The notes under the pieces were generated by a model. The model searched no databases. It saw nothing but the letters and a program-made list of their open reading frames with translations, and was not told where the DNA came from. Both the position numbers and the translations under genes were made by a program. From contig CALVAD010000007.1 of assembly GCA_944325495.1 (NCBI GenBank), positions 2,738 through 66,737 on the forward strand: a DNA stretch of 64,000 nt. Reading direction: 5' to 3'. The stretch is from an uncultured Bacteroidales bacterium (GTDB lineage: Bacteria > Bacteroidota > Bacteroidia > Bacteroidales > UBA932). Position 1 is the first letter of the stretch, and every line of letters begins with the position of its first letter. Below are positions 10,630 to 19,270 of this stretch, one piece after another.

Positions 10630-11334
10630 ATGAGAAAGTTTTTGTGCTCCATACTGTCGCTGGTCCTTGCGGCATCGGCGCTTTCCGCGCAGAAGGGCTC
10701 GATAGAGGCCCGCTCGCGCGACGACCTTCTGCACAAGCTGGACATGTCGGTCGCCTATGTGCTGCCCGAGTTCACCGACTGCCAGGTCCACTGGCTCGAC
10801 GGCCGCATGACAGCCTCGCCGCTGAACATCTGCGCCTTTGACAATTCGGCGCGCTTCATCGCCGGCAGGGACACCATGATAGTCCGCAACATCGACAATG
10901 TGGACTTCATACTTTCTCCCGACAGGAAATTCGTCTACAGGGACAAGATGCTGCTGGAGCTTCTCCGCGAGACTCCGGATCTGTCCCTCGCCGAGAAGAA
11001 GCGCCTGCGCATCAGCGAGCCCAAGATGGAACAGGGCAGCTACGGCGCCATTCCCGCGAGCTCATCGGCCAGGACGACCACGACCGACGACTACCGCCTG
11101 AGCGAATCCCGTTCCTACGGGCGTCTCGTGTCGGTGGACTATTCCGTGTCGTGGGACTATTACCTGATTGACGGCGAGGGGAATGTCACGAAGGCCGGCA
11201 GAAAGGCTTTCCTGGACGCCTTCCCCGAGCTGGAGGACGAAATAAAGGCCATCATCAGGCAGCGGAAGCTCAAGCTTGACGAGAGGGACGACGTCCTGTA
11301 TCTGTATGACTATTGTTTAAACGGAATAAAGTGA
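10630..11334 (+). CDS. Secreted hypothetical protein
   Basis: MRKFLCSILSLVLAASALSAQ signal peptide; stop overlaps next GTG start. Confidence 0.75.
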   Translation: MRKFLCSILSLVLAASALSAQKGSIEARSRDDLLHKLDMSVAYVLPEFTDCQVHWLDGRMTASPLNICAFDNSARFIAGRDTMIVRNIDNVDFILSPDRKFVYRDKMLLELLRETPDLSLAEKKRLRISEPKMEQGSYGAIPASSSARTTTTDDYRLSESRSYGRLVSVDYSVSWDYYLIDGEGNVTKAGRKAFLDAFPELEDEIKAIIRQRKLKLDERDDVLYLYDYCLNGIK

Positions 11335-12248
11335 AAAGAATTTTTGCAACTCTATTTGCCGTATTGTCCTGTGCGGCCGCAGCTTCGGCCCAGGGAGCCG
11401 CATTCCTGGACTATGACCCCGATGCAAGATCGCTCGGGGTCGCTGGCGCTTCCGCGGTTCAGGAAGCCACGGCATTTTCTGTCTGGAACAACGGCGCGAC
11501 GAGCGTCTTTTCGGACAACAAGTTCGCGGCCGGCGCTTCCTACGGGATGTGGCAGCCGTCCTTTGCCGACGTGAAGCAGGCTGCGGTGGCCGGCTACGGC
11601 GTGATCTCCGACAGGTGGAGCATCAACGCCGGATTCAGATACGACGCATATCAGCCCATCGAGACCGCGGACGAGAACGGAATATATTCCGGCAGCTTCA
11701 CCCCCAACGGCATGCATGCGACATTGGGCGCGGCGTTCAGGATAATACCTTCGCTCGCCGTGTCGGCTTCAGCTTCGTTCGTGCATTCCGACATAGGCGG
11801 CCCGCAGGCCGCGAACGCCGTGGCTTTCGACATAGGGCTGCTCTACAGGTCCGGGAATTTCAAGGCCGCCCTTACCGCAGCCAATCTGGGCACGAGCCTG
11901 AACTACGGCGGAACGGGAAGCTATGCGCTTCCTGCGAGGATTGATCTCGGCGTCGGCTACGGCATAGGCCACGCCGCCGGCCGCCATACTCTCGATGTCA
12001 GCGCGCAGGGAAGCTATCTGCTGTCCGGAGGTGCAAGGGCAGCTGCCGGTCTCAGATACTGCTTCAACGGCATGGTCAACGTGGCCGCAGGCTACAACTG
12101 CGGGCTTGCCGGAGGACTGCCGAGCTACGCCTCTCTCGGCGCCGGGCTCAGCTTCTTCGGCGTCTCTCTCGACTTTGCCTACCTGCTCGCTTCCGCGGAC
12201 ACGCCCATGTCCGGAACCATGGTGATAAACTTGTCATACGCTTTCTGA
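11331..12248 (+). CDS. PorV/PorQ-like outer membrane beta-barrel protein (GTG start)
   Basis: AFLDYDPDARSLGVAGA resembles the PorV-family FL..PDAR..G.G N-terminus; alternating beta-strands; terminal Phe. Confidence 0.8.
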   Translation: MKRIFATLFAVLSCAAAASAQGAAFLDYDPDARSLGVAGASAVQEATAFSVWNNGATSVFSDNKFAAGASYGMWQPSFADVKQAAVAGYGVISDRWSINAGFRYDAYQPIETADENGIYSGSFTPNGMHATLGAAFRIIPSLAVSASASFVHSDIGGPQAANAVAFDIGLLYRSGNFKAALTAANLGTSLNYGGTGSYALPARIDLGVGYGIGHAAGRHTLDVSAQGSYLLSGGARAAAGLRYCFNGMVNVAAGYNCGLAGGLPSYASLGAGLSFFGVSLDFAYLLASADTPMSGTMVINLSYAF

Positions 12249-12252
12249 AAAC

Positions 12253-14631
12253 ATGAAGAAGAACATCATACTGCTCATTGCGGCCCTGGCCTTCGGGCTG
12301 TGGGCCTGCACCCCCGAGACCCTGGAGACCCCGGAGACTCCGGGAGCTCCCGACAGCGGGAGCTTCGTCTCCAAGGTTAGCGGGAAGACATATTCCTACA
12401 ACCAGCTCCAGCCGCGCGTCCTGAAGGTCAAGTTCAACGACAGCTATGTCAGCCGCATAGAAGCCGTCGGAGCATCGGTGGAGACGCTCTGCGCCGACAC
12501 CAAGTCCTCCTCCGTGCCTTTCAGCAAGTACAAGCCGGTATCGATGAGGCGTCTTTTCCCCGACGGGGGAGCGTTCGAACAGAGGCGTAGGGCCTACGGC
12601 CTTCATAAATGGTATGTGCTCGAGTTCGACCAGGACATAGACTTCGCGGACGCCGAGTTCCTGTTCGCCGCCGCCGAGGAGGTGGAGACCGTGGAATTCT
12701 CCCAGGTGCTGAAGCGGACGGCCGTGGACTATCCCTTCAACGATCCCCGGCTTTCCAGCCAGTGGCACTACTACAACCCCGGCACTGCTTCCGGTACTTC
12801 GGAAGGTTCCGACATCAATGTCTTTCCCGTATGGCAGGACTATGCGCCGGGCGCCGACGACGTGATAGTAGCAGTCGTGGACGGAGGCATAGACCTCACG
12901 CATCCCGACCTTGCCGACAATCTGTGGTCCGACCCGGACAACCCTAATGTGCACGGACATAATTTCATATACGGCAACAATTCCATAACCGCCACCACTC
13001 ATGGCACCCATGTGGCCGGGACCATCGGCGCCGTGAACAATAACGGAATCGGAGTCTGCGGAGTCGCAGGAGGAGACGCCGAACGGGGCATCCCCGGCGT
13101 AAGGCTCATGTCATGCCAGATCTTCCCGGAGGAAGATGACGGACCTCAGGGCGAGGCATCCGAGGCCATAGCCTGGGCCGCCGACCATGGTGCCGTGATT
13201 GCGCAGAACAGCTGGGGCTATAATCTGGATACCGACGGTCGTCCGGGAATCAGCGCAGAGGAACTCCGGCGTGCCGAAAACCTCGGAATCGATGATAGCC
13301 TGAGGGATGCCGTAGACTATTTCATCGACAATGCGGGCTGTGATGCCGACGGCAACCAGACAGGTCCCATGAAGGGCGGAGTAGTGATCTTCGCCGCCGG
13401 CAATGACAACATCCATGTCGGTCCTCCGGCCAGCGCGTATGCGCCGATAATCTGCGTGAGCGCCATCGGCGCCGATTTCAGAAAGGCGTCTTATTCCAAT
13501 TACGGAGACTGGTGCGACATCACGGCTCCGGGAGGAGACGCCTATACAGGATGGATGATATGGAGCACGACCCCGGGAAGCGGGTATGGCGAGCTTCAGG
13601 GAACGTCGATGGCATGTCCGCATGTCTCCGGCGTGGCCGCGCTGATTGTGGCCAACATGGGAGGTCCGGGCTTCACCAACGAGGACCTTGAGACCCTGCT
13701 GATAGGCACTGCCAGGACGGAGGTGATAGAGACCTACAACATGGGCTATCATCTTGGCGGTCTCGTCGATGCCGGAGCCGCAGTGAGTCAGGGGCGTGAT
13801 GTGCATCATACCCTTTCTCCGGAGAGCTCGAGCGTGTCGAACGTGAAGCTCTCCCAGACTGCCGAGATAGCGTTCAGGGTCAGCAATCCTACCGGGCATG
13901 ACCTTCAGATCGAGGTGGAGCCGGAAATCCCCGGAGTATCCGCCGTGCTTTCCGATGACAAGCGTGAGGTGATAGTCAGGATAAACGGCGCCGAGGTGGC
14001 TCAGGGCGAATATAATGTCAGCCATGAGGTTTCGGGTACTGTCTATGTCAGCTGCGATCAGGAACCGGGCGAGAGGTATTCCGCGAGCTTCACCGCCACC
14101 GTGGACCCTAACACGAACCCTATCAACCTGCGCAAGCTCGACGGACTTGTCGTGGATGTGATAGACGAGAGAGTCAGGATTTCGCTGGGCACCTATTTCT
14201 TTGACTCCGACGGAGATCCCCTGACCTACGCTGTCAGTGAGACTTCTCTGGGCAAATTCGATGTCTCCGGCTCTCAGGTCACCTTCACCGCGGAGACTTT
14301 CGGAACCGACGAGGTGTCAGTGACTGCGAGCGACGGCTTCGGCGGCAGCGTGACCGTGACGGCCCCCATACTCGTCCGTGACGGGAAGGCGAGGACTTTC
14401 GATGTCTACCCCAACCCCGTGGCCGACTATCTCTATGTCAGAGGTTCGGAGGAGGCCGACGTGGTGGTCGAGATTTATTCCGGGACCGGTGCGAAGGTGT
14501 TCTCCGACGAGCTTGAGACCTCTCCTTTCGAGCCCGCGGAAATCGACATGAGCGCTTTCGACGGCGGAATCTATTTCGTGAAGCTCGACAGCGACGGAGT
14601 GAAGCAGGAAGTCAGGATATCCAAGCTGTAA
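12253..14631 (+). CDS. S8 family serine peptidase, lipoprotein, with T9SS type A-like C-terminal domain
   Basis: Lipobox LWAC; triad VAVVDGG / HGTHVAGT / GTSMACPHV; C-terminal VYPNPV...GIYFVKL...KL. Confidence 0.92.
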   Translation: MKKNIILLIAALAFGLWACTPETLETPETPGAPDSGSFVSKVSGKTYSYNQLQPRVLKVKFNDSYVSRIEAVGASVETLCADTKSSSVPFSKYKPVSMRRLFPDGGAFEQRRRAYGLHKWYVLEFDQDIDFADAEFLFAAAEEVETVEFSQVLKRTAVDYPFNDPRLSSQWHYYNPGTASGTSEGSDINVFPVWQDYAPGADDVIVAVVDGGIDLTHPDLADNLWSDPDNPNVHGHNFIYGNNSITATTHGTHVAGTIGAVNNNGIGVCGVAGGDAERGIPGVRLMSCQIFPEEDDGPQGEASEAIAWAADHGAVIAQNSWGYNLDTDGRPGISAEELRRAENLGIDDSLRDAVDYFIDNAGCDADGNQTGPMKGGVVIFAAGNDNIHVGPPASAYAPIICVSAIGADFRKASYSNYGDWCDITAPGGDAYTGWMIWSTTPGSGYGELQGTSMACPHVSGVAALIVANMGGPGFTNEDLETLLIGTARTEVIETYNMGYHLGGLVDAGAAVSQGRDVHHTLSPESSSVSNVKLSQTAEIAFRVSNPTGHDLQIEVEPEIPGVSAVLSDDKREVIVRINGAEVAQGEYNVSHEVSGTVYVSCDQEPGERYSASFTATVDPNTNPINLRKLDGLVVDVIDERVRISLGTYFFDSDGDPLTYAVSETSLGKFDVSGSQVTFTAETFGTDEVSVTASDGFGGSVTVTAPILVRDGKARTFDVYPNPVADYLYVRGSEEADVVVEIYSGTGAKVFSDELETSPFEPAEIDMSAFDGGIYFVKLDSDGVKQEVRISKL

Positions 14632-14657
14632 CCTTGCGGTGACGGCATGTCAATGAG

Positions 14658-14696
14658 AAATCCGGCGGAGCCTTTCAGAGGCTCCGCCGGATTTTT
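14658..14696. terminator. Bidirectional intrinsic terminator between convergent genes
   Basis: 16-bp perfect stem AAATCCGGCGGAGCCT / AGGCTCCGCCGGATTT, 5-nt loop. Confidence 0.85.
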
Positions 14697-16141
14697 CATG
14701 TTTCCGTGAACAGGTCGTCGAGGACGAGTTCCTTCTGGACGATTCCGCTATAGGAGTTGGGCTTCAGGCCGCAGGTCGTCACCATGGTCAGCATCAGCGA
14801 CTTTCTGGTTGAGGTCTCGGTCGTGAACGCATCCAGCTTGTTCTGCAGCTTCGCGGAATATTCCTTGTCAATTATAAAAGGGCCTTTGGAATATTTCATC
14901 TCGCAAAGATTTATCGTGTCGTCCCTGCGGTCTATGAGCAGGTCGATCTGTGCGGCGTTTTCTACGGATGAACTTCTCCAGCTGCAGGCGTTCGCCTGGA
15001 TTCCGGAGATTCCGAGAGCCTTCTTGATCTGGTTGAGATGTGTCAGACACAGCATTTCGAACGACAGACCGCTCCATGTCCTGTAGGTGGGACTGTTAAG
15101 AGATGAAGTCCAGTAATGCTCATCCTGGTATTGGTTGTTCCGGATGAACCGATAGTAGAACAGAGTGTAGAAATCGACAAGCTGGTACAGGATTCCGTTT
15201 TTGCGCTGCCTCTTTTCCGCCGAGAAGGGCAGGTACCGTCTTATGAACCCGCATTGCTCCAGTTCTTCCAGTACGAGGCTCAGGGCTCCGTTGTCCGTCA
15301 GCCCTGTGATTCTGATGATTTCCAGCCGTGTCAGCCCTTTCCCTTTGCCGGCAAGTGCCGCTACGACGGTGATGTGAGGGGACGCATTCTTGAACAGGGC
15401 TTTGTAGAGGTCGTTGAATTCGTCTTTGAGCGCGGCGTTACTGGAGAAGAACAGGCGGTCCAGATTCTGTGCCAGGCTCATCGACCTGTCCATCAGGGAC
15501 AGATAGTATGGGATGCCTCCTGTGGCCATGTAGCATTCGGCTATTTGGCTGCGGGTATAGGTGAATCCGAAGGCGCTGAAATACTCTTCACATTCCCTGA
15601 GGCAGAACGGCTCTATGACCATATGATGCGTCAGCCTGTTGTGCAGCCCGCCCTTGTTCCGTATCAGCTTGTTGATGATCCAGGATGTGGCTGACCCGCA
15701 GACGACCAGCTTGATGTCGTTCCGCAGGGAAGCCCAGCTGTTCCAGAAGTTCTCCAGCGCGGCGACGAATCCGGATTTGGCGCTGTCCATCCAGGGGAGC
15801 TCGTCAATGAATACAATCTTGACGCCTTCCGGCTGACTTTCCAGATATCTGGAAAGCCTGTAGAAGGCCAGGAGCCAGTTCTCCGGGATTTCCAGACAGC
15901 CGGAACCTGAATAATGAGTCATGGCAATTGCAAAATTCGTCAGCTGCTCGTTCTTGGTCGCGTTGTAGACACCTGTAACGAAAAATGCGAAATTGTCCTT
16001 TGCGGCTGCTCTTATCAGAAATGTCTTTCCGACGCGCCGTCTTCCGTAGACCGCGATGAATTCCGACTTTTCCGAATCGAAATAGGAACGGAGTTCCCTG
16101 AGTTCGGCGCTCCTGCCTGTCAGCTTTGTCTGCATAAACAT
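14696..16141 (-). CDS. Archaeal-type P-loop ATPase with probable winged helix and C-terminal PD-(D/E)XK nuclease-like domain
   Basis: Walker A GRRRVGKT, Walker B IVFIDE, TGGIPYYL, C-terminal QIDLLIDR...LCEMKY. Confidence 0.85.
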   Translation of the reverse strand: MFMQTKLTGRSAELRELRSYFDSEKSEFIAVYGRRRVGKTFLIRAAAKDNFAFFVTGVYNATKNEQLTNFAIAMTHYSGSGCLEIPENWLLAFYRLSRYLESQPEGVKIVFIDELPWMDSAKSGFVAALENFWNSWASLRNDIKLVVCGSATSWIINKLIRNKGGLHNRLTHHMVIEPFCLRECEEYFSAFGFTYTRSQIAECYMATGGIPYYLSLMDRSMSLAQNLDRLFFSSNAALKDEFNDLYKALFKNASPHITVVAALAGKGKGLTRLEIIRITGLTDNGALSLVLEELEQCGFIRRYLPFSAEKRQRKNGILYQLVDFYTLFYYRFIRNNQYQDEHYWTSSLNSPTYRTWSGLSFEMLCLTHLNQIKKALGISGIQANACSWRSSSVENAAQIDLLIDRRDDTINLCEMKYSKGPFIIDKEYSAKLQNKLDAFTTETSTRKSLMLTMVTTCGLKPNSYSGIVQKELVLDDLFTET

Positions 16142-16293
16142 AATACTTTGCGGAAATATAGTAAATTACATATGTTTCCGCAAAGTATTCAGGGGATAAT
16201 TTGCGGAAATCGCTAAAATTTCCTCATTTCCGCAAATTATTGTATATATTTTTTGCGGAAATGGGGTGAAAACCATGTATTTCCGCAAAGTAT
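16142..16293. repeat. Array of three TTTGCGGAAA-N17/18-TTTCCGCAAA inverted-repeat units
   Basis: Left arms at 16147, 16200, 16252; right arms at 16175, 16227, 16280; all six 10-mers exact. Confidence 0.95.
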
Positions 16294-16294
16294 C

Positions 16295-17632
16295 CTAAAG
16301 CGTCTCCCGCTTGAGGCTTTCGATGTATTCGTCGATCTTGCGGAGTTCGCTGCGTATGGCCAGGTGCTGGGGGCAGGCTTCCTCGCAGCGGCCGCACTGG
16401 ATGCAGTGGTCGGCCTGACGCACCGTGGGGATGGCCTTGTCGTAGTCCAGCAGGTAGCGGCGGCGGATTCTCGCGTAGTTTTCCTGCCCGCTGTCCTTGA
16501 CGTATGTGCCGGCGTTGAGATTGTCGTTATAGAACTTGAAGATGCCGGGGATGTCTATGCCGTAGGGGCAGGGCATGCAGTAGTTGCATCCGGTGCAGCG
16601 CACGAGAGGGTAGGTCTCCATCCTTGTCGCCACATCCTGAAGCAGTTCCATCTCCCCGGCGTCCAGGGGCTTGAAATCCAGGTAGGTCCTGAGATTGTCC
16701 TCCAGATGCTCCATGTAGGTCATGCCGCTGAGCACCGTCAGGACTCTCGGGAAGCTTCCCGCGAAGCGGAAGGCCCAGGAGGCGAGGGAGCCGGACGGGT
16801 CCTTCGCCAGGAGCATGTCAGCGAGGGTCACGGGCATGTCCGCGAGCCGGCCGCCTCTCAGCGGTTCCATTATCACGACGGGAATCTCCATGCGGTCGAG
16901 CACCCCGTAGAGGTATTCCGCATCGGTGTTGTTCCTTCCGGCGTGTCTCCAGTCGACATAGTTCATCTGGATCTGGACGAAGTCCCAATGGTATTTCGAG
17001 TGCAGGCCCATGAGTTCGTCGAAACCCTCCTTGTTGCCGTGGAACGAGAATCCGAGCTTGCGTATGCGGCCGAGCTCCCTTTCGCGCAGCAGGAAGTCCA
17101 TTATTCCGGTGCTGCCGAAGCGGGTTTCGAACGCCTTCATGCCGCCTATCGAGTGCAGCAGGTAGTAGTCGATATGGTCGGTCCGGAATATCTCCAGCGA
17201 GTTGCGGTACATGAGCACCGAATTGTCGTAGCTCCAGTCGGAGAAGTTCGAGAGCTTGGTGGCCAGCAGCCACCTGTCGCGGGGGTAGCGGTTGAGTGCT
17301 TCGGCCGTCGCTCTTTCACTCTCGCCTCCGAGGTAGTTGGGCGAGGTGTCGTAGTAGTTCACTCCGTGCTCCATCGCCACGTCCACGAGGCGGTTGACCT
17401 CCTGCTGGTCTATCACCTGGCGCCCGTCGGCACCTGCGGTCATGGGCCAGCGCATGCAGCCGTAGCCGAGCAGGCCGACGCCCGGATAGTTCTGCTGCAT
17501 TGCGCCTCCTTCGGGCAGTCCGTTCTGCTGCGTGCTGCCGGCACCGCCCTCCACGACCTTCGGCGTGCAGGCGGCGACTCCGAGGGCCGCTGCCCCGAGT
17601 CCGGCGGTTTTAAGAAAATCTCGTCTGTCCAT
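16295..17632 (-). CDS. Aldo/keto reductase with C-terminal 4Fe-4S dicluster and Tat-like signal
   Basis: LGYGCMR, YYDTS, DYYLLH, MEPLRGG; CxxCxxCxxCP and CxxCxxCxxxCP; MDRRDFLK N-terminus. Confidence 0.9.
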   Translation of the reverse strand: MDRRDFLKTAGLGAAALGVAACTPKVVEGGAGSTQQNGLPEGGAMQQNYPGVGLLGYGCMRWPMTAGADGRQVIDQQEVNRLVDVAMEHGVNYYDTSPNYLGGESERATAEALNRYPRDRWLLATKLSNFSDWSYDNSVLMYRNSLEIFRTDHIDYYLLHSIGGMKAFETRFGSTGIMDFLLRERELGRIRKLGFSFHGNKEGFDELMGLHSKYHWDFVQIQMNYVDWRHAGRNNTDAEYLYGVLDRMEIPVVIMEPLRGGRLADMPVTLADMLLAKDPSGSLASWAFRFAGSFPRVLTVLSGMTYMEHLEDNLRTYLDFKPLDAGEMELLQDVATRMETYPLVRCTGCNYCMPCPYGIDIPGIFKFYNDNLNAGTYVKDSGQENYARIRRRYLLDYDKAIPTVRQADHCIQCGRCEEACPQHLAIRSELRKIDEYIESLKRETL

Positions 17633-17644
17633 GAGTGTTCGGAT

Positions 17645-19270
17645 TTATCGGTTCAACCCTTCGCGTCTGCGCTGCCGGAGGCCTTCCCCGCGCCTGCGCT
17701 CTCCCTGTCCGTGGCCTTCGCCGCGGGGTCGCACGGCGCTTTCGTGGACCTCGATGCCGTCCACGGTGATTGCGCTTATCGGCCTCGAAGGGCACAGGAA
17801 TTCACATACCCCGCAGCCGATGCAGTGATGCTGCGCGACTACGGGCACGGGCCGGCTGTAGCCGTCGGCCTTTATCATGTGCACGGCTCCCGTGGGGCAG
17901 TGGCGCACGCAGTTCCCGCAGTCCTCCCTGTCGGTCGCGGCGAAGCAGAGTTCGAGATTCACTCTCGCCTTGCCGATGCTCGTCGAGAGCTTCTCCTCCC
18001 ACTTTATGGGATGTATCGCATCGGTGGGGCAGACTTCGCTGCAGGCCGTGCATTCCGGGCGGCACCAGCCGTTCTCGTAGCCCATCTGCGGCTGAAGGAA
18101 ATGCTCCAGGTCGGTGGAGGGGCGCAGCACGTCGTTTGGGCAGCTGCTTACGCAGAGCTGGCAGGCCGTACAGTGGTCATAGAAATGACGGACGCTCCAT
18201 GCGCCGTATGGCACTATCCTGCCGCGGCGTTGCGGGCTTTTCTTGTCGGCCACGTCGGCGAATCCTCCGTCGAGCCGTTTCACCACCTGGGCGGAGGCGT
18301 CCAAAGCGGAGCCTGCGAGGGCCCCTGTGCCGATTATGGCCGCTCCCGTGGCGATGAAGTTCCGCCTGCCGCTGTCGACGGCACGGTCCCCGCCGTTGCC
18401 GGCCGTGCCCGGGATTTTCCTGTCCGGAGTCTTCGGCTGAGCGGGGCGGAGGCCGGTGAATCGGAGGCTTATCGCCCCCTCGGAGCAGTTGTCGATGCAG
18501 TCGAAGCAGAGCACGCAGCGGCTGCCGTCGATGTAATGCCTGTCCGTGTCTATGCATGAAGCCTTGCAGCGGCTGCCGCAGCGCTTGCAGGCCACGCATT
18601 TGCTTTCGTCGATCGTGAGGCGGAAAAGCGAAAAGCGGCTGAAGATGCTGAGCAGGCTGCCTACGGGGCAGATGGTATTGCAATATGCGCGTCCCCGCGT
18701 CCATGCGAAGAAGAAGATCAGAACGAAAGTCACGGCAGCTGTGATCAGCAGGGCGGGGGCCATGCTTTCACCTTCGGCAAGTCCGGCGATGCTCCTCACC
18801 ATGCGTCCGTAGGCGCTGTAGGGTGCGAGCAGGGTGAGCAGCAGCTGGCCTGTGACGAAGGCGCCCGCTATCGTCAGTGCGAGCACGGCGAATCTCACGA
18901 GCCTGTGCTCCGGCTTGAACGAGAAGCGGCTGGCGTGGTTGACCGGCCTGGGGACGGCCTTCCCCTCGGTCTTGAGCCTTCTGAGCCTGCGGGCCTGCCG
19001 CCTGTTCAGAATCTCGCCCGTGACGCGGCGCAGCCATATCACTATATCCTGGAAAACTCCCATAGGGCAGATTATCGAGCAGTACAGCCTGCCGAGAAGC
19101 AGGGTCAGAATCAGGATTCCGGCCATTACGGGCAGGTTGAGCGCGAGGAACGACGGCAGCAGCTGGAGGCTGGCCATCCATCCCCACCATTCGCGGCCGA
19201 TGCCGACGAGCAGCAGGGTGATTCCGGCAAGGAACACCAACGCCAGGATTATCCTGATTTTGCGCAGCAT
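17645..19270 (-). CDS. Membrane polyferredoxin (NapH/MauN-like fused to NapG/MauM-like 4Fe-4S region)
   Basis: TM helices with two CxxxCP motifs, six CxxCxxxC-type cluster motifs, internal GRRNFI segment. Confidence 0.85.
   Translation of the reverse strand: MLRKIRIILALVFLAGITLLLVGIGREWWGWMASLQLLPSFLALNLPVMAGILILTLLLGRLYCSIICPMGVFQDIVIWLRRVTGEILNRRQARRLRRLKTEGKAVPRPVNHASRFSFKPEHRLVRFAVLALTIAGAFVTGQLLLTLLAPYSAYGRMVRSIAGLAEGESMAPALLITAAVTFVLIFFFAWTRGRAYCNTICPVGSLLSIFSRFSLFRLTIDESKCVACKRCGSRCKASCIDTDRHYIDGSRCVLCFDCIDNCSEGAISLRFTGLRPAQPKTPDRKIPGTAGNGGDRAVDSGRRNFIATGAAIIGTGALAGSALDASAQVVKRLDGGFADVADKKSPQRRGRIVPYGAWSVRHFYDHCTACQLCVSSCPNDVLRPSTDLEHFLQPQMGYENGWCRPECTACSEVCPTDAIHPIKWEEKLSTSIGKARVNLELCFAATDREDCGNCVRHCPTGAVHMIKADGYSRPVPVVAQHHCIGCGVCEFLCPSRPISAITVDGIEVHESAVRPRGEGHGQGERRRGEGLRQRRREGLNR

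Noticed and set aside
16142-16293. Possible mini CRISPR array
   Set aside because: 10-bp repeats in alternating orientation, spacers under 20 bp, no cas genes.
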